A DNA stretch of 64,000 nucleotides from Takakia lepidozioides (taxonomy: Eukaryota; Plantae; Bryophyta). The stretch is taken from NCBI GenBank assembly GCA_030704615.1, contig CM060731.1, positions 22,010,001 to 22,074,000 on the forward strand. The letters run 5' to 3'. The translations under genes and the position numbers were made by a program. Under the pieces are notes generated by a model, which did no database searches, was not told the origin of the DNA, and worked only from the letters and a program-made list of their open reading frames with translations. This document shows positions 46,152 through 60,330 of the stretch, in pieces. How positions within the stretch are numbered: position 1 is the stretch's first letter; the number at the start of each line of letters is the position of its first letter.

Positions 46152-48294
46152 TTAGGCTACATTCACGGTACTTCACACCATACGTTATAGTTATAGTTAT
46201 GTGGTTACAATTTATTAACACAATTTATTAACAGCTTATGATGACCTAGTGATTCAATCTACTACTTTTTGGGGGGTTAATTTGTCTTTCAAATGATATT
46301 TTACACCATGACAGCAGCAATTCTTTTGTTTTGTTTTGTTTTTTTAGAGAACAAGGGATGGAGGCCCTGGGAAATATATTAAAAATAACGGGAAAAAATA
46401 ACCCGTGGAGATACAGCCTTAAAGCGTATTAAGGGGATACCACCCCGGACATTTTTTGCATTGCAACGTGTTTGATGGTTTTTTCTGTTTTTTTTTTTAA
46501 GGGAAACACCTGGGAATTATTGGATTTGTAACTACACGGTTATTAACAAATCAAATAGATTATTGTAATCATGATTTGCACTCAATTAATCACCTAAAGA
46601 GCATGCATAGGCCAGATTTGGGGCAGATTGTGTTTCAAAATACCATGAGGGATGTTCCATTTAAAGAGAGTGGATGCTCCATTTCAAATGGACCCGCTGA
46701 CCATTCAAAGTTTCAAACTCTAACACCAAGTATAAACACGGGGCCCAAATGTGCAAGAGGCCAGCTTGCAATCCATAAAAGTTCCAGGACGGAAGCAATT
46801 TAGATATTTTCAGATACAGCAGGGATATTAAGACTTGTTTTGGGTGCAGCATGGATAAGCACTCGACCAGTGTTTCTTTTATTGGCGATTTTTCGCCATT
46901 TGGCCCCTGAAAATCCCCTTGGCGAATGAAACAAAGGGAAAAAGACGTCCAAATAAGGCAATTTTCGCCAAAAATTGGGGGGTCTCATAAAGGTCATTGC
47001 CAATGGACCCACAAGGGGTAACAGAGATGTGGCCATGGCGGGCCCCATGCAGGATGATCTGACGAGCTAGATGAGGAGTGGATTGAGGGTTGTGGGGCCT
47101 CCTCCGTTTCCATGGAGATGCTCGTCGCCTCTCTTGCCTACGCACTTGGAAAGCTTCTCGCCGCATGCAATCTAGGTACCTTTGCCTAGATTTTGTAGGG
47201 TGTAGATGTTTGCTTGACATCTTGAACATAGGCCATGAGGTTCTAACAATTATATCTGCCAGTGATTATATGCAATTGTAATAACATTTCCATTTCTTAG
47301 CAATGAATGGCAGACCTATATTCCTTGATCTTAGCAAGTATGGTGCAAGTTTAATTGTGGGCTGCAGGAACCTATGTTGCCTTGGGCAGGGTCCTATGGG
47401 GCTGAGGTTCAACTCCTCCTTAAGGTAAATGTCCATGTCAATATCTGATGATCTGCTTGGGGGCTGGTTTGTATGCTTGGGAGCTAGTCTATATGCTAGC
47501 CTTAGGGGGGTGCCAAATAACACTATTTGTAATATGTCATAAGCCATAATTGTAGACCTCATTTGTACCAATTACCTTGTGATTTTCAAATAGAAAGAGT
47601 TCCATTTGCCTATTATGGCTTCCAGCTATTTCTGTACTTCGCCTTCTATTGCTCATCAACATCCATTTGAGTCGCCAAATATGACAAGAGCGGAAATACA
47701 TGTAGCCTACCAATTCGAGGAAAATTACCTAGACTGGGCCACTTGCACTACCCTACACCCAATAATATAGCCACTCGTACCTTAAGAAAAAACCTGCAGT
47801 GGACTTAGGGCAATTTAGTTTTCATTTACTTGGGCACATTTTCACACACTATCCTAGGTCAGCATATGCCACTTGAATGTTTTGACTTTGGATACATAGA
47901 GTAGCCTACAGGGAGCATACCACCTCATGGACAATGAATATGTCCTTCCTAATTTGCTTTATAGGGGTGTCTTTTTGGATGCACAACTTGTGCACCTTAG
48001 GCAGTTTAAGGCTTTACATTAATCATTTATTGGGTTCACAATAGTTGGGTCTATCACTTACATATAGGAAGTTGTTAAGTACCACGTTGAAAATTAATAT
48101 CAATTCATGGTTGTGGTAAAAAAAAATTGTAATTGATAGGAGGACCTCTTTGTTCTGTTGCTAATCGAACGAGATATATATCTCCTTGCTAGACCTTTTC
48201 TACTAGTAGAATTGCTTAAACGCACACATTTAGGTGTTACTACCTTAGATAATCTCAATAGAGCAGTGAAAGATATTCATCAAGATTTTTTATT

Positions 48295-48520
48295 TTATTT
48301 TTTTATAAAAGAAAACCTTGGAGCGACAGCCCACAATTTAGGCCCTTGAGGAGGGGTAAAAATTAACCCCCTTTCATTTATGGGCCATGAGACCTACATG
48401 ACGATCGACGTTACACATACCATCACGAACAATCCCACACACCGGGCAGGGCAGCGGGTTTTGAACCCCGAACCACTAGGGCGACACACACTGTGCACTT
48501 ATGAACTAAGCTACCAGCCA
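48295..48520 (-). mobile_element. tRNA-derived SINE (near full length, A-rich tail)
   Basis: Reverse strand GGTAGCTTAGTT (A-box), GGGGTTCAAAACCC (B-box). The body is highly similar to 60540-60710, and there is a T-rich tail on the + strand. Confidence 0.7.
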
Positions 48521-50817
48521 ATGTGCATATTATTACCATCTTGAAAATTCAGGGGTTGCATTGTTGGAAAACCTACCTATCTTAAGAAAATGTGGCACTA
48601 CATATACCAGGACCCTTATGGTATTTCCAATTCAAAATACCAAGCCAACATTGGTTGCTACGTTACTTTGTGGATACTAAAAGGAAACCTATTCCGGCAG
48701 ATAAACGTTGTGTATGTACGTAAATTTGGCGTAGATTTGCAAAGAGCTTGGTAACCAATTAAGCAGGTTATGGGGACAAAATCACTAGCTAGTGTTGGTC
48801 AACCACGAAGAACGAGACCGTGCGCCCAACGCCTCACCTCCAAGTGAGGGCTTCGCTGGATGCATGGCTCCATTCTTCCCTCATGTGACTTGGAGAATGA
48901 GACACACATAGAAAGGAATCCTAACCCCCTTTCAAGGTCTCCCACCGATGATTATAATAACTGGTGATGGTTCTATGCTAGCATCATTAAGCGATCCTAT
49001 CATATACACCCTGATTGCTATTCACTATTCATACCAACATATACCCTTGACAAAATTGGTATATCAACAAACCCCATTGACCTATAAGTATACGGGTATA
49101 ATAAGATTATCTTGACATAAGGATATACATTCTAGTCCCAGAACTTGCCACCATCAAAGAATATATATATATTGGATATGTACTTGTCCAAATACTCCAT
49201 TATACCTTGTCATACATAATATTTGTATTACTTTAGTGGTTATGTATTCAAGTCTTTGTCTATTTCTTCTATGAACCAACGAATAGAATTAGTACGTCTT
49301 GCCTCGGTGAACCCCTTTGGAGTAAATGTAGGTATTCTACAACTACTATCTTCATTTCCACACGAGATAAAAGTTGTATAAAACATATAGAGGATTATAG
49401 CCGTACTCCCAATGACTTTGTTGTAACGGACTGTTGAAGCGCAAAGGACTAAACCCCTCAAATTGTAGTTAAAGTTTCCAAATCAATATTTGATCATAAA
49501 TAAATTTACACTCCAATGCACCTTTTGTGATGTATCTAATATGACCAAACGATTTTGTGTCGTATCTAACCTCAAACTTTGATCTTGATTCATCTTGACT
49601 CATAATCAAGTCATGTATATGGAGCCTACCCTTGGACTTCAATGTAGCTACAAGGTTTGTTGTTGTTTCTTCTTCACATCTTTCAAGTTTTGGGTATAAT
49701 CTTCGAGAGTATCAATATAGTAAGATTGATAGCTTGTTTGTTTGTTTGTATGTACGCTGAGATCTCTCTATCCACTTGGCCTCCGCCTGGATTCTTAATA
49801 CCAGGAAAGCCCTCAATGAGTAGGAGTGCATCGAGACAGTTTCATAATTTTTGGATCTGCAGTGTGGAAGATATTGAATTTCAAGTATTTTTATTTGTGG
49901 CAGGACATTCATGAAAAATAACAAATTGCGTTTTTCTGGATGGAGATCATACACTACTTTATAATTTATCCATTAGGTTTTCATTGAAGCAAATTGGAAA
50001 AATGACAATTTTTTAGGGCAAGTATTCCATGCCCTTATAATCACCATCAAATAGAAAATTTCTTGAGATTTAATTTCAAAGTCCATGCTGAACAATCAAA
50101 ATTCTTCATTCATCATGAAATACTAGACTAAACAATATTCGAATATCTTAGACAACACACAATAAATTTGATATTGTAGGTTTGTGGGTTGTTTTATGAT
50201 GATTGTTAATCTATCCATGTACCTAATATAACCTTATGTTCATAAAAAAAAATGACCCCATTCGATCCTTCCCAGCTAATTAGCAACATTGCTAAGCTAG
50301 GTGGGATCGTCTTGTTTATGGACAAAAATTTGTATGGCTATGTTTCCAAGCACGAGGGATGCATTGAGTTTGGTAACATATGAGAAAGAATGGCATATGA
50401 AAGTGTGCATGTGTGGGTCCAATGTTTTAAGGATTTCATTTGGGATGAAGTCAAGGCCCAGTGTTTTGGAGTTAGAGAAGGAGATGAGGCAATAGTGATA
50501 AATATTTGGGGTGAATTGTGTACTAAGGTTGGTTGTAAAAGTCCCTCTCTGTTCTAATTTGTATCCATATATATCATGCCATGGGTAGTGTCTAGCTTGA
50601 CATGAGCAATGTAGAATATGACAGGAAGGTTGGAGACAAACAAAGACTTGTGGTTGGTAGATGGTTGAAGCTTGTTGAAAAATTGCATTGTTTATGGTAG
50701 ATGGGGAGATACAAATGGTATCGATAGTGTTACATATGTATCAAGTGGGAGATTAGTCGATGGGTTAATGAAAATGAATTTTGTGGATGTGTCGATGGTT
50801 TGTTCTGTAATGCTAAA

Positions 50818-51613
50818 CCCCTAAAGGACGACGCGACCCGATTCGGGTCACGTCAGATTACTTGCCACGCTCCAGTTCCCATGGATGATATTGGATGGAA
50901 GCGAACGTTCGAGATGAATTGTACATGTCAAAGAGGAGCACATGTGGGAATTTACAGCACCAAAAAATAATAAAAGCTCTGCTCCCTAGAATTTTGCAAA
51001 GTGCCAGGGTTTCATGAAATCCAGTGTTAGAGCACCATTGACCTGCCTATGTAGCAATCAAATGGGCAATATTCAAGATAACATCTAGGGCTGAAAATTT
51101 ATCATAATGCCAAAAAATATGGACAAGGCACCGTGAAATGTTAATGTGCACTTACTTACCAGAGGAATTGGAAAACAAATGTCACCTCATGGGTGTACTT
51201 GGGAAAGAAGCCAAAACAAGATTTTTTACCCCCCAGATTTCACATACAAAGTAGCCCCTCCATATTTTTGGCATTTTGGTCTGAGATTCTGGGAGATGAC
51301 CTGTTGATTGCCCCTTCTGGAGGCCATTTCTTCAAGAAAAAATGTAAAATCACCAAACTTGCATGGTCAAAGCAATTTTTCCTCTCTTTTTTTGTTCATG
51401 GTTTCAACTTGGCCAATTTTCTTTTGTTATAATCTACTAAATGGAACGGTCAAAAGTGCTACAATTTTATGAGGACCTTCATGTAGTAGGTAGGGATGAA
51501 ATGGAACGGTTCATCCAACTGGAGGTAAGGGGGGTAGGAACTTAAAGCTCAGCAATGGAGGGTATGGCCCACTTTTTGGGAAAACTCCCAAAAGTTAGCT
51601 CGTCCTTTAGGGG
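50818..51613. mobile_element. Non-autonomous piggyBac-like TIR element (copy A)
   Basis: Perfect 14-bp TIR CCCCTAAAGGACGA, flanks TAAA / TTAA, subterminal palindrome GACCCGATTCGGGTC. Confidence 0.72.
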
Positions 51614-52735
51614 TTAAGAGTAAGATGATATTTTATTTTCTGGTATCTCGAGCTTGTTCTTTAGTAATATGGTTCGCAATTAATTCTTTGGCAGATTCAC
51701 GCTTATTGGCTTCATGGGGCGACGGTGGGAAAATTGTTGTGCACATAGGGCTTTTGCTATAGGACATGATATATGGGTTGGTACACCATTTGTGATCTCA
51801 TGGGGTGGTTGAGAGGATAGTGATAGCCTTGCAGATTGAAGAATTATCTAAGTTTGTCATGCATTTTGTTGGGTATATGTTAGGTTATAACCTCATTAAC
51901 TTCTGGCCGTGGAGTTTACAGAACTGTGTCAGGGGTTGTTGAGCATATGACTACCTAATGTACATTTAATAATTTAGGCAACTATTTCTTGGAATTTGAC
52001 ATTTGTTGCTTCCGATAAATATCGATGAATGGGTTGGATGTAATCCAAGATGATTTTGTGTGTAGATATTCTTGTTAGTGATATATAACAAAATTTGAAT
52101 TGGAATGTTACGATAGATTGAGTTGGAATGGGGTGGGATACAAGGGTGCAGATCAATTAGGTTGAGGTTCTAGATTGGCTGTATGCGGATAATATCATGT
52201 GGGAGGTGGATCATAATTATAATTTATATGAAACTCTGGAATGTTTGAGATAGTATTCATCAATCAGTTAGCTCAGAAGTGTAATTTGAGCCACATTGTT
52301 TGGAGAAGTTTACGTGCATAAGGGACAGATTTGGAGTTGAAGTCTTGTTATTAAATCAGTATTGTGAATGCTTAAAGTTGAGACAACATTCATTAGATAG
52401 CATGGTATTTAAAAACAATGTCTTAGTACCAAGGTTACTAATAACTTGGAAAAAACTTGGTAGGTTTATTACAATTATCAAAGCCTTCCATATATTGTTA
52501 GGAAAAAATACCCATAAATGTTTTCTAAAAACCTATAAAATTGACCAAATATGTTTCAATGTATGATTTGTTTTTCAATATAAAAATAATTCAATAAATA
52601 TGTTATCGCTTTGAACAATTTGTAAAACATCTATGTTCTATTATCTATAGCAACATTAACAATTAAGGGTTTGTCCCTTTTCCAATAATAATAATAATAA
52701 TAACGATCTAATTTTTGCAATTGAGAACTTATCAA

Positions 52736-53729
52736 CCCCTAAAGGACGAGAGGTGTTTTTGGGTTTTTGGACAATTCCGGGACCCACCCTCACACGTCAG
52801 CGACTGCCCACCAACGTTGATGAACCGTACAAACTGCTTCCTACCTACCAGATGCACAAGCCCCCCAAATTTGGGGAGATTCCATCATGTAGTTTGGGAG
52901 ATTATAACATTTGAAGACTGTGCATTTTTTTGAAAATGGAAAAAACAAAGCAAAAGTTCATGTTTGACCAAGCAAATTATCCATGATCCCAAATTTTCTT
53001 GGGAGAAAAAGTGCTATATTCCTGTGAAGTGCACAATCCCAAACCCTCACACCAAATTTCACCCCAATCTGCCAAAATGAAAGGGGGGTGCTTTGTATGT
53101 GACTGGAATGGGGGTCCAAAAAGAGAATTTGCAAAGGAAATGGTATAGGCCCCATTGGGACCCCAAATTCTCCTTCATTTGGGAATTCCAACAGCCAGTC
53201 CCTCATAGGCCAAGAACTACACAAGTCTGCCCAAGAATGTCCCAAAAATTCCCTAAATTGCATTTGGGATGTGGGATTTTGTTCAGGTCAGGCAATTGGT
53301 GGCCGGAATGTCGCCTGAATCCGGCGACGTTTTCCGGGCCACATCGAGGTTCCCCATTATTTGCCAGGGCCAGCTCATTCGAGCCGTCCCCTTGTTCGTC
53401 GGCTTTTTGGGGAGGGCCTCACAAGCCCTCCACTCCAACCCCTGCATGCCCCCCGCCGCAAAATCCCACCTGCATGGCTGCTGCCACTTGCCACGTCGAC
53501 GGTCAACTGCCGTGCCCCCCCCCCCCCCCCACCCAAAATCCTGCAATTTCCAAACTTCAAAAAATTCCTGACGGCGGAGTTTTTCTCTGTTGGGGGCGCC
53601 ATAAAGACCTGCGTGTGCAGCTCGTTCCGCGCTACATTTTTCGTTCAAGCCATCGGACTTCATCCGTGCATGCTACGGATGGATGAAAAATCGGGCCGAC
53701 CCGATTTGGGTCGGCTCGTCATTTAGGGG
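52736..53729. mobile_element. Non-autonomous piggyBac-like TIR element (copy B, opposite orientation to A)
   Basis: TIR CCCCTAAAGGACGAG / CTCGTCATTTAGGGG, flanks TCAA / TTAA, palindrome GACCCGATTTGGGTC. An internal TCACATACAAAG block is shared with A in reverse. Confidence 0.72.
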
Positions 53730-56700
53730 TTAATGACCATTGAGACATATATTCACTTTTATTTTCATAATGCATTGAATTGTTCTAAGAATGCTGCTTA
53801 TGTATCTAAGACATCCAATAATTATTGCTTCACTATTAGATACCTAGTTAGTCTTAACTATGTTTAGTATCCCATTTACAATTAGCATTGATAACTAGAT
53901 CACCAACTACACAAATTAATTGTCAAAGAGTACATCCATTAGCGTATTTTGGTTGGTTTGTTTGTTTGATTATGTCGGCAGTGTGATAGTTGAGATATGT
54001 TGTCAACTACATATAAGCTCCGCAGTCTGGGGACTTCTATCTATAAATAAACAAAATAGGATCAATTACATGGTCTATTATGAATGTGTTTTATATATAG
54101 AAAGATAGAAAAAAATTACTTGAAATTATTGGGAGAAAAACTTTAAAAACCCTAGTAGTGTCATGAGGCATAGTACTATAAAAAATAAATTTGCAGATTT
54201 CCGGAAGATATGGGATTATGGAAAAAGAATTCCAAGTGGCCCGAATTCATACTCTCGAAAAGAGACAAAACTCCCCAAAGTACAAGTGTAACATGAGGTA
54301 TTCGGTGATTGGTATACCAATAATCCAAAGCTGTTGAGCCAGGGATGGGCCTATTGAGACTTCCACCATGCCAAGAACACATAAAAATTATCGGAGACAC
54401 AAGACTTGTTTTTAGATTGATTTGTGGGGTGATAGCTTATACTTGTAATTATGTAAATCCAATTTATATTTTGCTGGCAAGATAGGTGGGGATTTTTCAA
54501 CCGATGATGCCGGTGACAAATCTGACAACCAAACTGATCCACTACATAACAACAAAAAGGTCTTTCGAAAATATGTAGGGTTTGACAAACATGTTGGAGA
54601 CTAATAAAGAGAAAATATTTACACAGATGCAAATTGCACAAAAACAGGAAAATGTGGGGTACAAAACATCAATGGAACTTGGATTTAGCAAAGATATTGG
54701 ATTTGGATAAATTTCAACACTAATGGGTTGAAGATTATTGGTGGTTCAAGACAAACCCAACAATATTGGGAGTATTGACAAAGATTTGACCTTTCACTGT
54801 CTCTACTAGCAATTTGTTTCACTACCTTGGAATGTGGGTAAGAAAACTTGACAAAGGAGAACGACTTGCCGTACACGTGTAGTTTCGTGGAAACCAACTG
54901 ACTGGTTTCGTTGCATGGTGGTGCATGGATGATGGTCAAAGGGTTCTGCCGCACCTGCCGGGTTAACTCACCAGAACGACGAAATGTTTGACCAACGGGG
55001 TTGGTACCCAACCGGTGACGTAGCCTGTATCAGGCCGCAGTGAGCAGGTTACGGATGACTGGAGCGGTTGATTATTGCTAGCGGCCGCACTCACCAGTGT
55101 GGTCAGGGGATTGATCATTATAGAGATTTTCAGGAGCAGGAAAGTCTGTGTCAAGTTATTTTACCACTAGTGTGAAGTTAGCTAGGAAATAGCTAGCTTT
55201 TATATATTGACATTTGGGATTGACCCAAGTGTCAATCCAAGGGCCAATACATATTTGGGCACCTGACGTTGTTATCTTCACGGCAGATCGCGGTGGGCTC
55301 ATCTTTCTCGAGTTGAGTCTCACCGCGTTTAGCTATGGCGCCGTAGTGTGGATTCCCCATGGCATGGGGTGCACTTGGCTCGACTTAATATATGAGTGAT
55401 GTTTTCATGTGCAAGTATGTGAGTTTGAGAGAGCTTGTGTACTTGTATCTTTCCTTTCTTTATCACTCGAGAAAGATCAGCTCGAGTCTGTGAGTGCTAG
55501 GTTCGAGTTAGTTGTAGCACTTGAGTTTTCAGATCATGAAAAGCGGTTCAGCCTATAGTGCAGGGATCCGTGTATGAACCTTTCCAAGCGGATAGAGTGC
55601 GAAGACGAACAAGTTGCAGGTTTGTAATGGATAGAGAGGCGGTCAGTGTTGCATAGCTCAACGCTATGGCAACCAAGTTTGGGCTTCTAGTGTGAAGCGG
55701 AGGAGATGTTGACCACGAGTGGGCGAACTGGTGGTCGTCTTCTTCAGTTGCAGGCCGAGTTAAGGAGCTGCAGGAATGTGGGTTACGCATGGGAAGCTAG
55801 CGTGTTGCAGGTTGGAGATGATATGATCAGCTCCAAGTATTTCTACCCGAAATCAGTTGTTACGGGTAGATGAGGAGCAGCCAAATAGTGGAGCTACGAG
55901 GGGATGCATCGCAACCTATTGGGAGCCTCAGCTCCAAACTCCTGAAGAGGTATGAGTGAAGAGAGGGGGCAGGTCTCTCTTGTGTGTAAATCAGTGCACT
56001 TGTGAAACATGTGTTGAGTTGGAGTTTCAATCTGAAACTCAGCAGTGTAAGGGCTCTTGGAGTGGCAAGAGCGGGGCTGGAAGGGCAGCAACGAGGCGCC
56101 CTAGAGCCAGGGGATATGCATGAGAAGTGCAGGTGCACCAAGTTTGTAAAGGTGTGTATTTTCAGATTCGCATGCTCACCTCTAGTACGAAAACTGCATG
56201 ATGGAGAGGTGCCTCCAGTTGCAGCCTAACACAAACCCCTCCACCCCACAAAGTTAGCAATTATGGAAAATAAGGTCAACCGGGCAACGAGCAAGGTCGG
56301 CAGTTCGTGAACGCATACAAACCTTGGTCCAACGTGCCAAAAAAAATTTGGCATCCAATGGCGTGAATGCATGGAATGTCATGCTCTGACGCCCTAGCAA
56401 TGTCCCACATCCATTCAGTATTAAAACCCTAACACATGTTCTAACCCTTTGAAATTTAATCCATGGGTCAAGCCATATATAGTACTTCGTAAGCCATTCA
56501 TCTTTCTAACAAGGTTTCCAGGTCATTCACATTTAGGAAAGAACTTTGGTTTGATATATAACATTTACCACCATATATGCAGATTGTAAACTCATCACAA
56601 AAGCAGATTGCAGGTCTGGAGATAAATCTCCGGAACCAGGCTCAAAGCATATCAGGTTTGAAATGAAACAATCAGCCACTCATGCCTTAAGTTCATGAAG

Positions 56701-57059
56701 TTTTTACCTCGGTTGTCCCACCATTGACTGGGGTCAGAAAAGTATTCATTCCACAGCTTCTCCTCGTCTCAGCTGTTACATGTTTTTGGATACTTCCATG
56801 TTGTCACATTGGCAGTACCATGTCAAAGTCGCTCCAAACTATCAAAGGCTCACTCAACCAGCTAACTTGCAGAATTCAACATGAAAATTTAGGGCCGATT
56901 CTGATAAGAGGGAAAAACAGGGTGAAATGTGTTGAAGAAGGTGCTTTCATTACCAGTGCCTGAGTTTATCATTGTGCCGCTGCTACTGCGGCTTCTAGTT
57001 GACCAGTCACCATCTACCCATGCAGGTTTCTTGTAGCTATTGATCCATTTGGTACATTT

Positions 57060-59628
57060 CCAGCTTTGGTGATGAATTATACACCTCCAATGCCCTTTTC
57101 CAGGGCTGCCAGGCTTGCACACGCACTGCAAACGCACACAAACATGATGTGGTTGAACTTCACCCCTTCCCCCATCATTTGCTTTCAGGTCTCCAAAGCC
57201 CCATACAGCGCCCCTGCTCTGCACACCCTGCAAACATCACATTCCACAACACCACATCTCATTCAGCCATAGTGTTGAACACTCCCTTGGCATCCTCAAT
57301 GCTACCATATTTGGCATACATGGCCACCAGAGCAGTGTTCAGGATGACATCTGGAACAATTGCAGATTTGATCATGTACCAGGGATCTCTTTGCCCTTTT
57401 CCAGGGATGCCAGACACACTGCAAACACACACAAACCTTATGTCGGCGGGCTTCACCCCTTCTCCCATCATTTGCTCATAGGTTGGAGCCTCCATCCCGC
57501 ACCCCTGCTGTGCATACCCCGCAAGCATCGCACTCCACGACACCACATCTTGTTCAGCCATAGTGTTGAACACTCCCTTGGCATCCTCGATGCACCCACA
57601 TTTGGCATATATGTCCACCAGGGCAGGGGCAGTGTTCAGAATGACATCTGGTAATCTGACAAACATTCTCCTTTTAGAATTGTTCCAGCAAATGCCCCAA
57701 CCCTACTGACTTAGAGGTTGTAGTGTCCAAAGCCATGTCCGTTTCCAGAAAATTGTCTGATGAAAATGAAGTTAGGCAGAAAACTTCCCTGGACTTGTTT
57801 CCAGTCTGTGACATGGGGGAGGACATCATGGATGACCTCAAGGGTCTACCCACTCTCGCTACCAAACTGAAATTTAAACAAAGAGCAGGAATCCTACCTT
57901 TGAATAGCAAACAGAAGCAGAGAGGAAAGGGAGAGTGCAATTGCACCCAACTCAACTTATCGCACTAGTTCCTATGATCAATTGCATCTGCTACACTCTG
58001 TAATCTGACAGGCATTCACCTTTTTGCCTCGGTTGTCCCACCAGTTACTGGGGTCAGAAAAGTATCCATCCCACATCTTCTTCTCATATCTATTACCTGT
58101 TTTTGGATACTTAGGGACGACTCTAATAGCAGGGGAATTCAGGGTGAAATATGTTGAAGAAGGTACCTAATTCATTAGCAGTGGGCCTTGTTCTATCAAT
58201 TGCGTTGTTGCCATTGCTTTTACCAATTGACCATCTACCCACTCGTAGCCATTGTGCTATTGAAGAAGGTGGCCCCCCTTCCCCCATCATTTGCTCATAG
58301 CTCTCCAAAGCCTCCATCCCACGTCCCTGCCGTGCATACCATGCAAGCATCGCACTCCACGACACCACATCTCGTTCAGCCATAGTGTTGAACACTCCCT
58401 TTGCATCCTAGATGCACCCACATTTTGCAAACATGTTCACCAGGGTTTTGTTCAGGATGACATCTGGTACAATTCCAGCTCTGAAGATGTCGCCATGGAC
58501 CTCTTTCCCCTAAGTTGCCAGGGCAGTGTTCAGATTGACATTTGGCACAATTCCAGCTTTGATGATATCCCCATGCACCTAGATTTGCCCTTCATTTCAC
58601 ATACACCTCCACCAGGGTATGGTTCAGACTGACATTTGGTACAATTCAAGCTCTGAAGATGTCGCCATGGACCTCTTTCCCCTTTTCCAGAGCTGCCAGG
58701 GCAGTGTTCAGATTCACATTTGGTACAATTCCAGCTTTGATGATATCCCCATGCACCTCTTTGCCCTTCTCCAGGCCGGCTGCCAGGCTTGCACAAGCAT
58801 TGCAAATGCACACAAACATGATGTGCTTCCCCAATCATTTGCTCATAGCTCTCCAAAGCCTCCATCCCACGTCCCTGCCGTGCATACCATGCAAGCATCG
58901 CACTCCACGACACCACATCTCGTTCAGCCATAGTGTCGAACACTCCCTTTGCATCCTAGATGCACCCACATTTTGCAAACATGTTCACCAGGGTTTTGTT
59001 CAGAATGACATCTGGTACAATAATAACTCTGAAGATGTCGCCATGCACCTCTTTCCCCTAAGATGCCAGGGCAGTGTTCGATTGACATTTGGCACAATTC
59101 CAGCTTTGATGATATCCCTATGCACCTCTTGCCCTTCTCCAGGGCTGCCAGGCTTGCACGCACATTGCAAATGCACACAAACATGATGTGCTTCCCCCAT
59201 CATCTGCTCATAGCTCTCCAAAGCCTCCATCCCACGTCCCTGCCGGGCATACCCTGCAAGCATCGCACTCCACGGCACCACATCTCGTTCAGCCATAGTG
59301 TCAAACACTCCCTTTGCATCCTAGATGCACCCATATTTTGCAAACATGTTCACTAGGGTATTGTTCATAATGACATGTGATACAATTCCAGCTCTGAAGA
59401 TGATGCAATGGACCTCATTCCCCTTTTCCAAAGCTGCCAGGGCAGTGTTCAGATTGACATTTGGCACAATTCCAGCTTTGATGATATCCCCATGCACCTC
59501 TTGCCCTTCTCCAGGGCTGCCATGCTTGCACAAGCATTACAAATGCACACAAACACGACGTGTTTCCCCCATCATTTGCTCATAGGTCTCCAAAGCCTCC
59601 ATCCCACGTCCCTGCCGTGCATACCCTG
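57060..59628 (-). pseudogene. Tandemly amplified, frameshifted PPR (P-L-S) module array
   Basis: Repeated YAKCGCIEDAKGVFNTMAERDVVSWSAMLAGYARQGRGMEALESYEQMMGE and LEKGKEVHGDIIKAGIVPNVNLNTAL blocks in shifting frames. Highly similar DNA units at ~57467, 58285, 58835, 59197 and 59570. No E/DYW domain. Confidence 0.9.
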
Positions 59629-59629
59629 G

Positions 59630-60330
59630 ACCAAGCTGACTCTCCCAAGAACCTTGTAAACATCAGCGAGGACTTAAGTGCGCATCAGCGATAGGGCTTA
59701 GTGGGGCTTAGTGCTTGAGGGGGAAAAAAAACATCGCATTGGTCCATGAGAACCACCATGGTGCAGCTAAGCGAGCAAAGATTGAAACACGACCTGCTAA
59801 GACCAAGCTGACTCTTCCAAGAACCTTGTAAACATCAGGAAGAATACCAAATCATGGTACTAACAGGAGCCAAAAGCCCACATTTGCAGGATGGACAAAC
59901 TTCTTCACATCCTACATTAAGAAAAAGCCACACCTTGCGATTGCGATTGTCCCACCATCATGAAGGATCGTAAAAAGACTCATGCGAGCTTTGCTCTGTG
60001 CTGCAAATTCAGGGTCGAGTTTGATGAGAGGGCAAAACAGGCTGAAATAGGTCGAAGAAGAAGGTGCCCTAACCACATTGTCGTCGACCTTGTGTCATGA
60101 CCCATGGAGGATTTGACAGACCATGAACCCAAACGGACCTCTTGTGTGTGCTGCTTGTGTCTGTAGTCAGGTAATGTCGGATTGTCCATGAGAACCACCA
60201 CGGTGTAGCTGAGCGAGCAGAGATTGAAACGCGACCTGCTAAGACCAACTTGCACGAGGACTTAGTGTGCACATCAACGATAGGGCTTAGTAGGGCTTAG
60301 TGGGGCTTAGTGCATGAGGGGGAAAAAAAC
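59630..60330. repeat. Interleaved direct repeats
   Basis: ACCAAGCTGACTCTYCCAAGAACCTTGTAAACATCAG at ~59630 and ~59802. GGACTTA..GATAGGGCTTAGTGGGGCTTAGTG at ~59670 and ~60258. GTCCATGAGAACCACCA...CCTGCTAAGACCAA at ~59742 and ~60184. Confidence 0.85.

Noticed and set aside
47070-52600. Possible degenerate LINE/LTR coding remnants around the TIR elements
   Set aside because: No unambiguous RT or endonuclease motif could be read.
53093-53726. Overlapping 100-197 aa ORFs
   Set aside because: They lie within the GC-rich body and poly(C) of non-autonomous element B, with no transposase motifs.
54870-56330. Solo-LTR-like stretch
   Set aside because: I could not identify TG..CA ends with a matching TSD, PBS or PPT.
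57060-60330. CRISPR-like or prokaryotic repeat array
   Set aside because: The repeats are long PPR-coding units or irregular duplications in a eukaryotic context, with no constant repeat and unique spacer periodicity.
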